64,000 nucleotides of DNA from Dehalococcoidia bacterium (GCA_030605765.1 JAUWHP010000033.1:7812-71811); one strand, 5' to 3'; positions 1 through 10,792 are shown, counted from the first letter of the stretch. Notes: generated by a model not told the origin, from the sequence alone. Translations and numbers: made by a program.

Positions 1-1
1 A

Positions 2-1651
2 GTGTTAGACGAAATTCGCCAGGCAAGTGGAGAGGTCATCTTGTTTATTGATGAGCTTCATACTGTAGTAGGAGCTGGGGCTGCTGAGGGAGCAATTGAT
101 GCCAGTAATATGCTGAAGCCGGCACTGGCTCGGGGCGAGCTCCAATGTATCTGGGCTACTACACTTGGTGAGTATCGAAAGCATATCGAGAAAGATGCGG
201 CCTTGGCCAGAAGGTTCCAACCTGTTTTCACTGGCGAACCCAGCGTGGATACAACCATAGAGATGCTCAGAGGGCTTCGTCCCCGATATGAAGCTCATCA
301 CAAGATAAAGATTGATGATTCTGCTCTGGTAGCTGCTGCCAAGCTATCCCAGCGATATATCTCGGATAGATTCTTGCCTGATAAGGCAGTGGATCTGATC
401 GATGAAGCAGCGAGCAAGTTGCGTATTGATATGGAGAGTGCTCCAGAGGAAGTTAAGAAACTGGATCGAGAAATGAAGCACCTGCGTGATGAAAGAGAGG
501 CTGCTTCGCAACGACAGGATTATCAGAAGGCGGCTGAGCTAAAAGCGGAAGCATTGAGATTGGAGCAGGAATACAATAATGCTAAACTCCAATGGCAACG
601 AGAAAGGAAAATCGATACTGTGGTGGATGAGGAGGATGTAGCTCAACTGGTGTCTCAGTGGACAGGTATTCCAACCTCTCGAATGCTTGAAGCTGAAACT
701 GAAAAATTGGTTCACATGGAGGAAAGGCTGCATGAAAGGATAGTAAATCAGATGGAGGCAGTAAAGTCTGTCTGTGAAGCTATACGGCGGGGTCGAGCTG
801 GACTTAAAGACCCCAAGCGCCCTATTGGTAGCTTCATTTTCCTTGGGCCCACTGGTGTAGGTAAGACAGAGCTGGCTCGAGCGTTAGCACAATGTCTCTT
901 TAATGATGAAGATGCTATGGTAAGGGTGGATATGTCGGAATATATGGAAAAACATACTGTATCTCGCCTTCTTGGTGCACCACCTGGCTATGTGGGGTAT
1001 GAGGAAGGCGGCCAGCTAACTGAGGCGGTGAGGCGCCGCCCTTATAGGGTTATTCTCTTCGATGAGGTAGAAAAGGCGCACCGTGATGTATTCAATATAT
1101 TACTGCAGCTACTGGAGGATGGTAGGCTTACAGATGGGCATGGCCGCACTGTAGATTTCAAGAACACAGTGGTGATTATGACCAGCAACCTGGGCACTGA
1201 GGAATTCCAGCGCCAAGCCGTCGGCTTTGGGCACAGAGATGAAACTGATGAACAAAGAATGAGGCAGACCGTAGAGAGTGCTTTGAAGCAAACTTTTCGC
1301 CCTGAGCTGCTTAACAGAATAGACGATGTCATTATATTCCATCCTTTGACTGAGGAACACTTGAAGAGTATCGTTGATCTGCTCATTCGTGGGGTGGGAA
1401 TGAAATTAGCTGAACGGAGTATCAAACTTGAAGTCGATGATAAAGCCAAAGCTTGGCTGGTAAAGAGAGGTTATGACCCGGTATATGGGGCTCGCCCCCT
1501 ACGCCGTGCTATTCAGAGGTATGTGGAAAACCCGTTATCAACCAGCATATTGCAGGGCGAATTCAAAGAAGGGGACACTGTAGCTATTGGCTTGCAAGAA
1601 GACAATCTTAACTTCACTAACCGCGAAAAACCGACTAGAAAACGCAAATGA
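2..1651 (+). CDS. clpC: ATP-dependent Clp protease ATP-binding subunit, ClpC-like (5' partial; N-terminus lies outside the window)
   Basis: 549-aa ORF with AAA+ D1 C-terminal part, a short UVR-like coiled coil ([17 protein letters not shown]...), AAA+ D2 Walker [16 protein letters not shown], sensor/ClpB_D2-small region and C-terminus. It is highly similar to the full ClpC at 10793-13246. Confidence 0.9.
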   Translation: MLDEIRQASGEVILFIDELHTVVGAGAAEGAIDASNMLKPALARGELQCIWATTLGEYRKHIEKDAALARRFQPVFTGEPSVDTTIEMLRGLRPRYEAHHKIKIDDSALVAAAKLSQRYISDRFLPDKAVDLIDEAASKLRIDMESAPEEVKKLDREMKHLRDEREAASQRQDYQKAAELKAEALRLEQEYNNAKLQWQRERKIDTVVDEEDVAQLVSQWTGIPTSRMLEAETEKLVHMEERLHERIVNQMEAVKSVCEAIRRGRAGLKDPKRPIGSFIFLGPTGVGKTELARALAQCLFNDEDAMVRVDMSEYMEKHTVSRLLGAPPGYVGYEEGGQLTEAVRRRPYRVILFDEVEKAHRDVFNILLQLLEDGRLTDGHGRTVDFKNTVVIMTSNLGTEEFQRQAVGFGHRDETDEQRMRQTVESALKQTFRPELLNRIDDVIIFHPLTEEHLKSIVDLLIRGVGMKLAERSIKLEVDDKAKAWLVKRGYDPVYGARPLRRAIQRYVENPLSTSILQGEFKEGDTVAIGLQEDNLNFTNREKPTRKRK

Positions 1652-1845
1652 AGTAACTTAGCAGCTCGACTATCGTCCTGAGTATGGTGGAGAATTTCAT
1701 ATCACTCAGGATAGGCTCCACGAAGAATCTTTAGGAAGTTTTGGGTGCCTCTTTGCTCTGTTTAGAGCTTCAGCCCGGAGGTGCAGAATAAGAAATCCCG
1801 TAAATGTTGGTTTTACTCGCAGTTTTTCCTGTATAATGTGGGTTT

Positions 1846-2415
1846 GTGAAAAGATGGCTGAGTGAACGAGGAGCCATAATAAGTGGAGTTTCCTTTGCAG
1901 TCACTATAGTTCTGTGTATTTTCATTATTCAACATCGAAGCTATCTCGGGCAGATAGAGAGCTGGGGTTATATTGGTTGTTTTATCATAAACATCTTCAC
2001 TAGTGGGACTCTGGTTATGCCTGGTCTCGGCATGATTTTTACATTCACCCTGGGCGGGGTACTGAATCCTGTTATAGTTGGCATTGTAGCCGGGGTTGGT
2101 GAAGCGATAGGTGCCGTTGGTGCCTATTTTACTGGCTACGGTGGTAAAGGATTACTCCGAGACTGTAATAACTGTCTTTATACCCGGTTTACCAGTATGT
2201 TACAGCGCCATGGCTCTAAGGCTGTTTTTATCATGGCATCTGTTTTAAATCCCATCTATTATCCGTTTGCTGTGTTCATGGGCATGCTCCGTTTTGGTCT
2301 GACCAGGTTTTTCTTCCTGACGTGGGCGGGGCGGACGGTCAAAAACGTGATTCTGGCCTACCTGGGATACTTTGGCTTACGGTCTATATTACAATGGCTG
2401 GGCTTGAGTTTCTAG
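1846..2415 (+). CDS. DedA/VTT-domain (YqaA-like) integral membrane protein
   Basis: 189-aa polytopic hydrophobic ORF with GTG start, containing the Gly-rich motif VGIVAGVGEAIGAVGAYFTGYGG typical of DedA/SNARE-associated family proteins. A TATAAT at 1832-1837 sits just upstream. The family assignment is tentative. Confidence 0.5.
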   Translation: MKRWLSERGAIISGVSFAVTIVLCIFIIQHRSYLGQIESWGYIGCFIINIFTSGTLVMPGLGMIFTFTLGGVLNPVIVGIVAGVGEAIGAVGAYFTGYGGKGLLRDCNNCLYTRFTSMLQRHGSKAVFIMASVLNPIYYPFAVFMGMLRFGLTRFFFLTWAGRTVKNVILAYLGYFGLRSILQWLGLSF

Positions 2416-2457
2416 CTTGAGTTTCTCTGCCTCTTTTGCTATATTTACTAAGTTGGA

Positions 2458-2533
2458 GGGGCTGTAGCTCAATTGGGAGAGCGTTTGACTGGCAGTCAAA
2501 AGGTAGAGGGTCCGAATCCCTCCAGCTCCACCA
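2458..2533 (+). tRNA. tRNA-Ala (anticodon GGC), CCA encoded
   Basis: Cloverleaf read by eye: acceptor ggggctg/cagctcc with the G3:U70 Ala identity pair, anticodon loop ctGGCag, T-loop tccgaat, and 3' ACCA. Confidence 0.85.
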
Positions 2534-2708
2534 AGGATATCAATAGGTAGAAGCCCTACTTGTTCCGTCGGCGTATCTTGTGGCAGAGGCAAGTTATGGA
2601 GTGGCGTAACCTGGTCTTTATTCACCTGGATATTTAGCAGTCGGCCCCTTAGAACAAAGCTGCTTCATTGCGAGCCGTTCCAGTTTCTGCACCGAAGGCT
2701 CTGTGGCA

Positions 2709-4460
2709 TCAATTTACCTGCTGCTTATAGACTACTCTGCCTTCTAGCAATGTCATTACGACTTTTGTCTCTAGAATCCTTTCAACGGGGATTTCGAAAA
2801 GGTTGTTGTCAAGAACAACTAAGTCTGCCTTTTTCCCCACTTCAATAGAACCTGTTTCCTTTTCCAGGAAATTTGCATACGCGCCGTTTATGGTAAAACT
2901 CGCAATCAGATCATCAAGGCCGACTCTCTCCTCAGGCCATAAAACTCCACTTTCGCCTTCCTTAAGCACCTTACTTGGGTCAGTTGTTGCTCCAGGGGCT
3001 GACCGCACCATGCCAATGTAAATGCCTGCCATCGGGTGCATAAATGGAGTTGCTTTGTGTGTAGAAGGGTCAGTGCTGGGTACCGGGAAATCGCTTGCGG
3101 CAGCCATCACAACCCCTGCATCCATAAGGCTCTTCATTGGATATTCTTTATCCGCCCTTTCTTTTCCCAGACACGGCAGCTGGAGAGTCCAGTAATAGTC
3201 ATCTTTCATAAACCAGTATGGTTGTGGAAGACCGACAACCCCAAGTTTACCCATCCTTTTTATATCTTCGGGCGTAACAAGCTGCAGGTGAGTTATGCTA
3301 TGGCGTGAATCTCTCTTACCATTGACTCTCTGCGCATATTCAAAAGCGTCAAGTGTCATACGTGTTGCTGCATCGCCAATTGCGTGAACATGAACCTGAA
3401 ACCCAGCTTTATCAAAAGCAGCAACGGCTTCTCGATATGCTTTAGGGTCCAAACTGAATTCTTCGCCGCAGCTATCAGGCTTATTTGTATAAGGCTCAAG
3501 AAGATAGGCGGTTCCTGCTTCAATCACTCCATCAGCGAAAAACTTCACGGCATTGACCTGGAATAAATCACCTGTATATTTTTTACTTTGTTCACGAAAC
3601 GCTGCAATCTGCTGTGCTACGTCTCTTTCAGGTATCTCTATCCATGACCCCCTGTAGCGAAGCGTAAGGCGGCCTTCTTTGCGAAGTTCTTCAATCGCCT
3701 GTGCGCCATTGTCACTTGCAGGATACTGTGTGCCTCCCAGCTTGTGGGGAAGTGCAGGATCGTGCACTGTTGTCAACCCCAGGGCATTTGCCGCTTCCTG
3801 AAATAGAGTAAGTCCCTCCCTGTAGTCTTCCACTGAGAAATCGGGAAGGCGTTTAGTTACCAGGCCCATCGCGCTCTCTTTCAATACCCCCGTAGGTTCA
3901 CCTGTCTCCGAATTCCTTTCAAGAGCTCCGCCTTGAGGATCAGGCGTGTCTTTCGTTATCCCTGCCATCTCAAGCGCTTTTGAGTTGGCCCATAGTGAGT
4001 GGCCATCTTCTGAAGTTAGAACTACGGGACGTCCAGGGGCTATACTGTCCAGAAGTTCTTTTTTGGGCCCTTCCACTCCAAAGACTGTATTACTCCAGCC
4101 ATTGCCCTGGATTACGGAAAGCTCAGGGTTAGCTGCAGCAAATTCACTAACTGCTTTCTCATAGGCTTTTATTGAATCGAGGCCGACGAGATGTGCTGTT
4201 TTGGTCAGTATTACCGCACCTATTGAAGCATGACAGTGGGCGTCAAAGAATCCTGGCAGAAGCATTTTTCCCTCAAGGTCGATAACTCTAGTATCAGTGT
4301 CTATGTATGGTGCAAGGCCATCATTTTTGCCAACATATACTATCAATCCATCGCGAATGGCTACAGCCTCAGCCCAGTTCCTTGCCACATCAACTGTGTA
4401 AACAGCTCCTTTCTTGAATACTAGATCTGCTGTCGGTTCTTTTGGTTTTGCCCCTTTCAT
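2709..4460 (-). CDS. amidohydrolase-family metal-dependent hydrolase (Amidohydro_3 / YtcJ-like)
   Basis: 583-aa ORF. The N-terminal region LLPGFFDAHCHASIGAV carries the HxH metal-binding motif of amidohydrolase-3 proteins, with conserved His/Asp further on. Confidence 0.8.
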   Translation of the reverse strand: MKGAKPKEPTADLVFKKGAVYTVDVARNWAEAVAIRDGLIVYVGKNDGLAPYIDTDTRVIDLEGKMLLPGFFDAHCHASIGAVILTKTAHLVGLDSIKAYEKAVSEFAAANPELSVIQGNGWSNTVFGVEGPKKELLDSIAPGRPVVLTSEDGHSLWANSKALEMAGITKDTPDPQGGALERNSETGEPTGVLKESAMGLVTKRLPDFSVEDYREGLTLFQEAANALGLTTVHDPALPHKLGGTQYPASDNGAQAIEELRKEGRLTLRYRGSWIEIPERDVAQQIAAFREQSKKYTGDLFQVNAVKFFADGVIEAGTAYLLEPYTNKPDSCGEEFSLDPKAYREAVAAFDKAGFQVHVHAIGDAATRMTLDAFEYAQRVNGKRDSRHSITHLQLVTPEDIKRMGKLGVVGLPQPYWFMKDDYYWTLQLPCLGKERADKEYPMKSLMDAGVVMAAASDFPVPSTDPSTHKATPFMHPMAGIYIGMVRSAPGATTDPSKVLKEGESGVLWPEERVGLDDLIASFTINGAYANFLEKETGSIEVGKKADLVVLDNNLFEIPVERILETKVVMTLLEGRVVYKQQVN

Positions 4461-4665
4461 TTTCCCTCCTTGAATTTATGACGGGCTGTTATTTATTGTC
4501 CAGCTAACTTTTGAGTTTAGCAGATTTTGCAGTATCGATAAAGAGCATGAAGCCGGATTGTGCAGTAATTTTTAGAAATCTCTGACTCTGTAAGAACTCT
4601 TCTGCGAATAAAGCTAGCCAGATAGCTATAATATGGCTCTAACAGGCAAGCATCGGAAAATGGGA

Positions 4666-4760
4666 AAAAAGAAGTGGCAGGGGAGATGCGCAGACAACTG
4701 TGTTTATGAAGCCACGGGGGATAGCAGTCGCCAAAGAATTTGTGCCTTGACCGTACCCCT
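4666..4760 (+). pseudogene. degenerate duplicate of the leuS 5' end (about 75% nt identity to leuS codons 10-43); leuS-fragment remnant
   Basis: The DNA aagaagtggcagg...gatagcagtcgcc...gtgccttgac parallels leuS 5139-5235 (aagaagtggcagg...gatagcagtcgcc...atgccttgac). Translation KKWQ...YEATGDSSRQRICALT matches LeuRS KKWQ...YEVTEDSSRPKFYALT, then homology is lost. Confidence 0.45.
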
Positions 4761-5105
4761 TTGTTTTTTGCTCTCGTGCTCTCTATATACACGCTGCCCC
4801 TGTGATATAATGCATATGTTGGCTTTCAAATGCTCATCTCTTAGGGGTTTGGTTGCTGTATTTGGCAAGGCTGCCAGAGATGATGATATGCTTAGGTCCG
4901 CCGGTGAAACTGCTGCCAAATTTGCCCGTACTCTCAAGGGCAAAGCTGACTTGCTATGTGTTGCAGAGGCACCATATAGGTTAGAGTGGAACGAACAATG
5001 GCCCTGCCTCAAAGAGAAGTTCAGACAAGAGCTAAATGGAATGGGAGTTAACATTAGCTCTGTATGAGCTTTTAATTTACCGTGAGTGTGTCAAATTTTT
5101 AGCAT

Positions 5106-7550
5106 ATGGTTCTAAAATACAATCCTCAGGAAATAGAAAAGAAGTGGCAGGCCAAATGGGCAGCTGACCACATTTATGAGGTCACAGAGGATAGCAGTCG
5201 CCCAAAATTCTATGCCTTGACTATGCTTCCTTACACCTCTGGAGACCTTCATATCGGGCATTGGTATGCCATGGCTCCTTCAGATGTATATGCTAGATTC
5301 AAGAGAATGCAGGGATACAATGTGCTCCACCCTATGGGCTTTGATGCTTTTGGATTGCCCGCAGAGAATGCTGCTATCAATCATGGTATACACCCTTATG
5401 ATTGGACAATGAGAAATGTAGAGCATATGCGACATCAGCTCAAGGGCATAGGGGCGATCTATGACTGGAACCGAGAGGTGATTAGCTGTCTCCCGGAGTA
5501 TTATAGGTGGACACAATGGTTTTTCTTGAAATTTTATCACGCTGGCCTGGCTTACCGTGCTAAAGCACCAGTCAACTGGTGCCCTAGCTGCCAAACAGTG
5601 TTAGCTAATGAACAGGTGGTGAGTGAGGGATTTTGTGAGCGTTGTGGCAGCCAGGTGACCAAGAAAGACTTGGAACAGTGGTTTTTCAAAATTACCAGAT
5701 ATGCTGAGGAACTTCTTGACTTTAACGATATAGATTGGCCAGAGCGTATAAAGACAATGCAGAGGAATTGGATTGGCAGGAGCGAAGGTGCTGAGATTTC
5801 CTTCAAATTGGAACACGAGGGCATAGAATCGAAGGAGCTAAGAGCATTCACCACTCGCCCTGATACTATTTTTGGTGTGACTTTCTTCCTTCTTGCTCCA
5901 GAGCATCCTTTAGTTCTTCAATTGACTGCCCCGGGGCGCAGAGGTGAGGTGGAGGAATATATTGCCTGGTGTCGGCGGCAAAGCGAATATGAACGTGCAG
6001 CTATGGGTAGAGAGAAAACAGGGGTCTTTCTGGGAAGCTATGTCGTCAATAGGCTAAGTGGTGAGAAGATACCCATCTGGATTACTGACTATGTCTCGTT
6101 GACTTATGGCACGGGAGCAGTGATGGGCGTCCCAGCTCATGATGAACGAGATTTTGAATTTGCCAGAAAATTTAACCTTCCTGTTCGAACTGTTATTGCC
6201 CCTCCTGGTTGGGCGGGCGAGGAATTAATGGAATCATACAGTGGTACAGGCATGATGGTAAATTCTGGAGAATTTAGTGGTTTATCCAGTGAGCAAGGAT
6301 GCTGTGAGATTTGTGATTTGCTGGAGAACAAGGGATGGGGTAAACGCGCTGTCACTTATCGCATTCGCGATTGGCTTATCTCCAGGCAGAGGTATTGGGG
6401 GGCACCTATTCCTATGGTTTATTGTAACAAGTGTGGCATTGTTCCTGTGCCTGAGAAAGACTTGCCTGTCTTACTTCCTCCCAATGCGGAATTCAAGCCC
6501 ACCGGGGAATCCCCCCTTAAACATTGCCAGTCGTTTGCTAATACTACTTGCCCTAGGTGTTCTGGGCCAGCGCAACGGGAAGTTGACACAATGGATACGT
6601 TTATGTGCTCCAACTGGTATTTCTTACGTTATACGAACCCCAAAATTGACAATGCTCCCTTTGAGGCTGAAAAGCTGGGGTATTGGCTGCCTGTGGATTT
6701 ATATACTGGAGGCGCTGAACATGCTGTCATGCACCTCCTTTATGCCCGTTTTTTCATTAAGGCAATTAGAGATATGGGATTGGTTGATTTCGATGAACCG
6801 TTCACTCGCCTTTTTAATCAGGGAACGATAATCTACCTCGGTGACAAAATGAGTAAATCAAAGGGCAATGTAATTGCTCCAGATGAATATGTGGCTGAAT
6901 TGGGAGCCGATGCTGTCCGTGCGTATCTCATGTTTATCGGACCATGGGAATTGGGTGGGGAGTGGAGTGATAGTGGGCTTGTAGGCATAAGCAGGTGGCT
7001 AAATCGAACGTGGGGTTTGATAGAAAGCGACTATACTAGCGAGGTGGTTGAACAAGCGGTGGAAAAAGAACTTCTTCATGTCATTCATAAAACCATTAAA
7101 AAGGTAAGTGAGGATTTGGGAAAATTCCGCTTTAACACTATGTTAGCTAGCCTGATGGAATTTACTAATTATCTGTTAAAAATACAGCAACCAGGGCATG
7201 TGTCCGTATTGCTGTGGCAGGAAGCTATCACGTATTTACTGCTGCTTCTGGCTCCTACTGTCCCTCATCTGGCTGAAGAGCTGTGGGTTAGAACTGGTCA
7301 CTCTTATAGCATTCATAGTCAATCTTGGCCTAATTGGGATGAAGAGCTAGTTAAAGAGGAGAGAATCACTTTGATTATCGAGGTAAACGGTAAATTACGA
7401 GATAGACTGCTTGTGCCTGTTTCCATAACTGAAGCCGAGGCCAAGGAATTAGCGCTGGGCCAGGAGAAAATAATGGCTCACACTAATGGAAAGGAGATTC
7501 ATAAGATCATTTATGTTCCTGGGCGAGTGGTGAATATTGTAGCGAAGTGA
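5106..7550 (+). CDS. leuS: leucine--tRNA ligase
   Basis: 814-aa ORF. The N-terminus MVLKYNPQEIEKKWQAKW, the HIGH-type motif (TSGDLHIGH) and the KMSKS motif (DKMSKSKGN) are all present. Confidence 0.97.
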   Translation: MVLKYNPQEIEKKWQAKWAADHIYEVTEDSSRPKFYALTMLPYTSGDLHIGHWYAMAPSDVYARFKRMQGYNVLHPMGFDAFGLPAENAAINHGIHPYDWTMRNVEHMRHQLKGIGAIYDWNREVISCLPEYYRWTQWFFLKFYHAGLAYRAKAPVNWCPSCQTVLANEQVVSEGFCERCGSQVTKKDLEQWFFKITRYAEELLDFNDIDWPERIKTMQRNWIGRSEGAEISFKLEHEGIESKELRAFTTRPDTIFGVTFFLLAPEHPLVLQLTAPGRRGEVEEYIAWCRRQSEYERAAMGREKTGVFLGSYVVNRLSGEKIPIWITDYVSLTYGTGAVMGVPAHDERDFEFARKFNLPVRTVIAPPGWAGEELMESYSGTGMMVNSGEFSGLSSEQGCCEICDLLENKGWGKRAVTYRIRDWLISRQRYWGAPIPMVYCNKCGIVPVPEKDLPVLLPPNAEFKPTGESPLKHCQSFANTTCPRCSGPAQREVDTMDTFMCSNWYFLRYTNPKIDNAPFEAEKLGYWLPVDLYTGGAEHAVMHLLYARFFIKAIRDMGLVDFDEPFTRLFNQGTIIYLGDKMSKSKGNVIAPDEYVAELGADAVRAYLMFIGPWELGGEWSDSGLVGISRWLNRTWGLIESDYTSEVVEQAVEKELLHVIHKTIKKVSEDLGKFRFNTMLASLMEFTNYLLKIQQPGHVSVLLWQEAITYLLLLLAPTVPHLAEELWVRTGHSYSIHSQSWPNWDEELVKEERITLIIEVNGKLRDRLLVPVSITEAEAKELALGQEKIMAHTNGKEIHKIIYVPGRVVNIVAK

Positions 7551-7560
7551 GAAAAGGAAA

Positions 7561-8352
7561 ATGAGAATAACTTTTGTTGGTGGTGGGACTATGGGGGGAG
7601 CAATGATAAGATGCCTTCTTAGACAAAAGATTACTGCCCCTGGAGATATTATGGTTAGCGACGTGAGCCAATCGCGACGAGAGTTGCTAAAAAGAGAATA
7701 TGGTGTGAACACCTTAGCTGATAACAGAGAAGCAGTGGAAAGTGCTGACTTAATTATCTTGGCGGTAAAGCCTCAGGATTTAGCTCAAGTGATGGAGGAA
7801 ATAGAAAACCCCGCGCCACAGCAAGTTGTATTATCCATAGTAGCCGGTGCTAGCTTAGCTGCTCTATGTCGTGGCTTGAACCACCCTTGTATAATTCGGG
7901 CTATGCCCAATATGCCAGCGCAAATTGGCGAAGGAATGGTTGTATGGGTAGCAACAACCGAAGTTAACCAAAAACAGAAAGAGATGGCTCAATCTGTCCT
8001 TGGTGCTTTGGGTGAGGAAATTTATGTTGATGATGAAAAGTATTTGGACATGGCTACAGCTTTAAGTGGGAGTGGTCCAGCCTATGTGTTTCTTTTCATC
8101 GAGGCACTGATTGATGCTGGGGTTCATATTGGTTTACCACGCAATATGGCAAAGAAGCTGGTGGTACAGACGATAATTGGTTCCACTGACACTGTTCAAA
8201 AAATGGACAAACACCCTGCAGAGCTAAGAAGTATGGTTACTTCACCGGGAGGTACGACTACTGAGGCTCTTGTTCAATTAGAAAGAGGATGTTTCCGTTC
8301 GCTTCTTCTTGAAGCTGTCGTTGCCGCTTATAGTAAAGCTAAGCATCTTTAG
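7561..8352 (+). CDS. proC: pyrroline-5-carboxylate reductase
   Basis: 263-aa ORF with the N-terminal Rossmann motif ITFVGGGTMGGAM and a P5CR dimerisation domain (SGSGPAYVFLFIEAL). Confidence 0.9.
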   Translation: MRITFVGGGTMGGAMIRCLLRQKITAPGDIMVSDVSQSRRELLKREYGVNTLADNREAVESADLIILAVKPQDLAQVMEEIENPAPQQVVLSIVAGASLAALCRGLNHPCIIRAMPNMPAQIGEGMVVWVATTEVNQKQKEMAQSVLGALGEEIYVDDEKYLDMATALSGSGPAYVFLFIEALIDAGVHIGLPRNMAKKLVVQTIIGSTDTVQKMDKHPAELRSMVTSPGGTTTEALVQLERGCFRSLLLEAVVAAYSKAKHL

Positions 8353-8375
8353 ATTTAGAGAAGCTATAGATTACG

Positions 8376-9296
8376 ATGGATTCGCTTTTTGAATACCGCA
8401 ATTGCCCTAATTGTGGGTGCAACGATTTTACTGTGCTATTCGACTCTAATATGAAACAAGATGATTTCCAAGAGGGCGTAGAGAGTGTATATATGCTACC
8501 TGGCGATGAATATGGAAGGCATGTCAAATGCCGGAATTGCCAGCTTGTATATGTAAATCCCATTGAGAAGGAAACCAAAATTAACGAAGATTACTCTAAA
8601 AGAAAGAGTGCTGATGTCTCTATTATTCGCGAGAGCCGCTTGCGGGCCTCTAAAGCACAGGTAGAATTGATTAAAAGATATAAGACTGACGCAAATCTTT
8701 TAGATATAGGTTGTGGTGAGGGTTTTTTTCTGTTTAATGCTTCCAAAGCTGGCTATAGCACTAAAGGAGTTGAATTATCACGGGATGCTGCGTTATACGC
8801 AAGAAGAGAATTCAGCTTGGAAGTGGAGGCAACAGCCTTCGAGGGACTGGAATTTCCAGCAAATTGTTTCGATGTAGTTACCCTGTGGCAGGTTCTGGAA
8901 CACGTGCCACAGCCACTCATGATTCTTAAAGAAGTTCACAGAACACTTAAGCCTGGAGGGCTGTTGGCGGCATCAACCCCGGATATCAATGGAGTGCCAG
9001 CGAAGATTTTGCGTAAGAGATGGTGGAATATAAGAAGACTCCATATCAATCAATTTACCCCAGGAACTCTTAGCAGCATCCTCAGAAATGCTGGGTTCAA
9101 AAACATAACCCTTACCTCTTATAGGGAATCTATAAGCTTACTTATGCTATTCATACCAATACTAAAGCACCTGAAGGTATATAAACCGTTAGAAGTTTTG
9201 TTTTACCCCAGCTCTATTATGGGCAGAATTATGAATAGGATCGTATTAACATACCCTGCCAGGCTTGATAATTGTACGGTGGTCGGTTTCAAATAA
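8376..9296 (+). CDS. class I SAM-dependent methyltransferase with N-terminal Cys4 zinc-ribbon
   Basis: CPNCGC...KCRNCQ zinc ribbon followed by methyltransferase motif I LDIGCGEGFF and a Methyltransf_11-like core. Confidence 0.75.
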   Translation: MDSLFEYRNCPNCGCNDFTVLFDSNMKQDDFQEGVESVYMLPGDEYGRHVKCRNCQLVYVNPIEKETKINEDYSKRKSADVSIIRESRLRASKAQVELIKRYKTDANLLDIGCGEGFFLFNASKAGYSTKGVELSRDAALYARREFSLEVEATAFEGLEFPANCFDVVTLWQVLEHVPQPLMILKEVHRTLKPGGLLAASTPDINGVPAKILRKRWWNIRRLHINQFTPGTLSSILRNAGFKNITLTSYRESISLLMLFIPILKHLKVYKPLEVLFYPSSIMGRIMNRIVLTYPARLDNCTVVGFK

Positions 9297-9300
9297 GATG

Positions 9301-9567
9301 CTAAGCAGTGGTTGGGGTCTGACCAGGGTTTTGCTTGTGCCATTTTTCCAAAAGTTGCTCATGTGTTTCTTTGTGGTCGGAATCAGGGACACAGCAATCT
9401 ACAGGGCAAACTTCAGCGCACTTAGGTGATTCAAACCAGCCCACACATTCTGTGCATTTGGCTGGGTTAATAACGTAAATCTCCTCGCCTTCACTAATTG
9501 CCTCATTCTTGCACTCCGATTCACAAGCACCACAACTAATACACTCATCAGTAATTTTATATGCCAT
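9301..9567 (-). CDS. 2[4Fe-4S] ferredoxin
   Basis: 88-aa ORF with [11 protein letters not shown] and CTECVGW...CAEVCPVDC cysteine clusters. Confidence 0.8.
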   Translation of the reverse strand: MAYKITDECISCGACESECKNEAISEGEEIYVINPAKCTECVGWFESPKCAEVCPVDCCVPDSDHKETHEQLLEKWHKQNPGQTPTTA

Positions 9568-9603
9568 CTTTGAATCGCCTCCTTAAATTTTATATGCCTT
9601 ATT

Positions 9604-10119
9604 TTAACAGCTAGTCTCGTTTTTCGAAACCGGGGGAGCCTTTGCTGAGAATTTCTCTTTCAAGGCAATGGCAACATGGTCAGGAATCATGTCCTTAAGA
9701 CAACCTCCTAACCTAGCTACTTCTTTAATCAAGCTAGAGCTAAGGAATTGGTATTCAGAGCTTGTCATCAAACAAATTAGCTCGATGTCAGGCGCTAGTT
9801 TTTTATTCATCAGCGCTATTTCGAATTCCCGCTCGAAATCAGAGATTGCTCTTAACCCCCGTATCATGACTGTTCCCTTTACCTCATGAATCAAGTCAGC
9901 AGTGAGCCCAGTATAGGCTCTAACATATACATCAGGCAGATCAGCCACTACTTTTTTTACCATGTCTACCCTTTCCGTGATGGAGAAAAGCAGCTGTTTA
10001 TCAGGCTTGTCATAAACGCCGATAACCAACTTCTCAAAAATGTTTGATGCTCGTTTAATAATATCAGCATGACCGCTGGTGATGGGGTCAAAGGTGCCAG
10101 GATAAACTGCGATTGTCAT
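9604..10119 (-). CDS. coaD: phosphopantetheine adenylyltransferase
   Basis: The N-terminus MTIAVYPGTFDPITSGHADII carries the T/HxGH nucleotidyltransferase motif of CoaD. The stop overlaps the rsmD start. Confidence 0.9.
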   Translation of the reverse strand: MTIAVYPGTFDPITSGHADIIKRASNIFEKLVIGVYDKPDKQLLFSITERVDMVKKVVADLPDVYVRAYTGLTADLIHEVKGTVMIRGLRAISDFEREFEIALMNKKLAPDIELICLMTSSEYQFLSSSLIKEVARLGGCLKDMIPDHVAIALKEKFSAKAPPVSKNETSC

Positions 10120-10670
10120 CGTTTAACTCCTTTTTGATAAAGAGAGATGAATGTATCACCATAGCGACGTTGTTCAATTAGGTGCAATCCATCATAGTCA
10201 GGGTTTAGAGGGAAACGATTTGCGTGGCAAACTACGATTGTCGAGTTTTCCTCTATTAATTCTGAGTTAGCTAGAGCAACCAGCAAATTACTTGCATAGG
10301 GATTGGAATAAGGCGGATCTATAAAAACGATATTGTAGTTGTTATTAAGGAAGGTAATCGACTTGCTTGCCCTGCAGCAATAAATATGGGCTTTGCTTGA
10401 CAGTCCTGTTCTGTCCAGGTTGTATTTAATGATTCCGCAGCTTTTTCTACTTCGATCAACAAAATCAGCCCATTCTGCCTTGCGGCTTAAAGCTTCTATA
10501 CCCAGGGCACCACTGCCGGCGTATAAATCGAGAACGTGATCCCAACAACTGGCGGTGTTCTCCAAGATAGAAAAAATAGCTTCCTTTGCCAGGTTGGTTA
10601 TAGGTCGGGTTCGTCGCCCTGAGGGAGCTTTCAATTGGGTTCCTTTGGCCTTACCACCAATGACTCTCAT
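10116..10670 (-). CDS. rsmD: 16S rRNA (guanine966-N2)-methyltransferase RsmD
   Basis: 184-aa ORF with DLYAGSGALGIEALSR SAM-binding motif and the DPPY catalytic motif (FIDPPYSN). It is in the conserved rsmD-coaD arrangement. Confidence 0.85.
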   Translation of the reverse strand: MRVIGGKAKGTQLKAPSGRRTRPITNLAKEAIFSILENTASCWDHVLDLYAGSGALGIEALSRKAEWADFVDRSRKSCGIIKYNLDRTGLSSKAHIYCCRASKSITFLNNNYNIVFIDPPYSNPYASNLLVALANSELIEENSTIVVCHANRFPLNPDYDGLHLIEQRRYGDTFISLYQKGVKR

Positions 10671-10792
10671 TTAATGTATTTATTGTATTATGATTTGCTA
10701 CCTGTTTCAAGCAGCCCAGATAGTTTGACTCAAAGCAGTGCATAATCTATAATTGGCCTTGAGGAGCGAATACTGGTCGTGGAGATCTGAAT

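Noticed and set aside
5-301. Antisense ORFs inside clpC-like genes (5-301, 58-258, 539-733, 1042-1449, 1109-1360, 11461-11739, 11878-12576).
   Set aside because: They lie fully within and opposite to strongly supported ClpC coding sequence. There are no RBS or motifs, so they are shadow ORFs of a GC-moderate genome.
1680-1720. Inverted repeat tcctgagt...actcagga after the upstream clpC-like gene, considered as an intrinsic terminator.
   Set aside because: It has a 20-nt loop and no following U-run. It may be a weak structure but is not a confident terminator. A TATAAT at 1832-1837 for the next gene is noted in the feature evidence instead.
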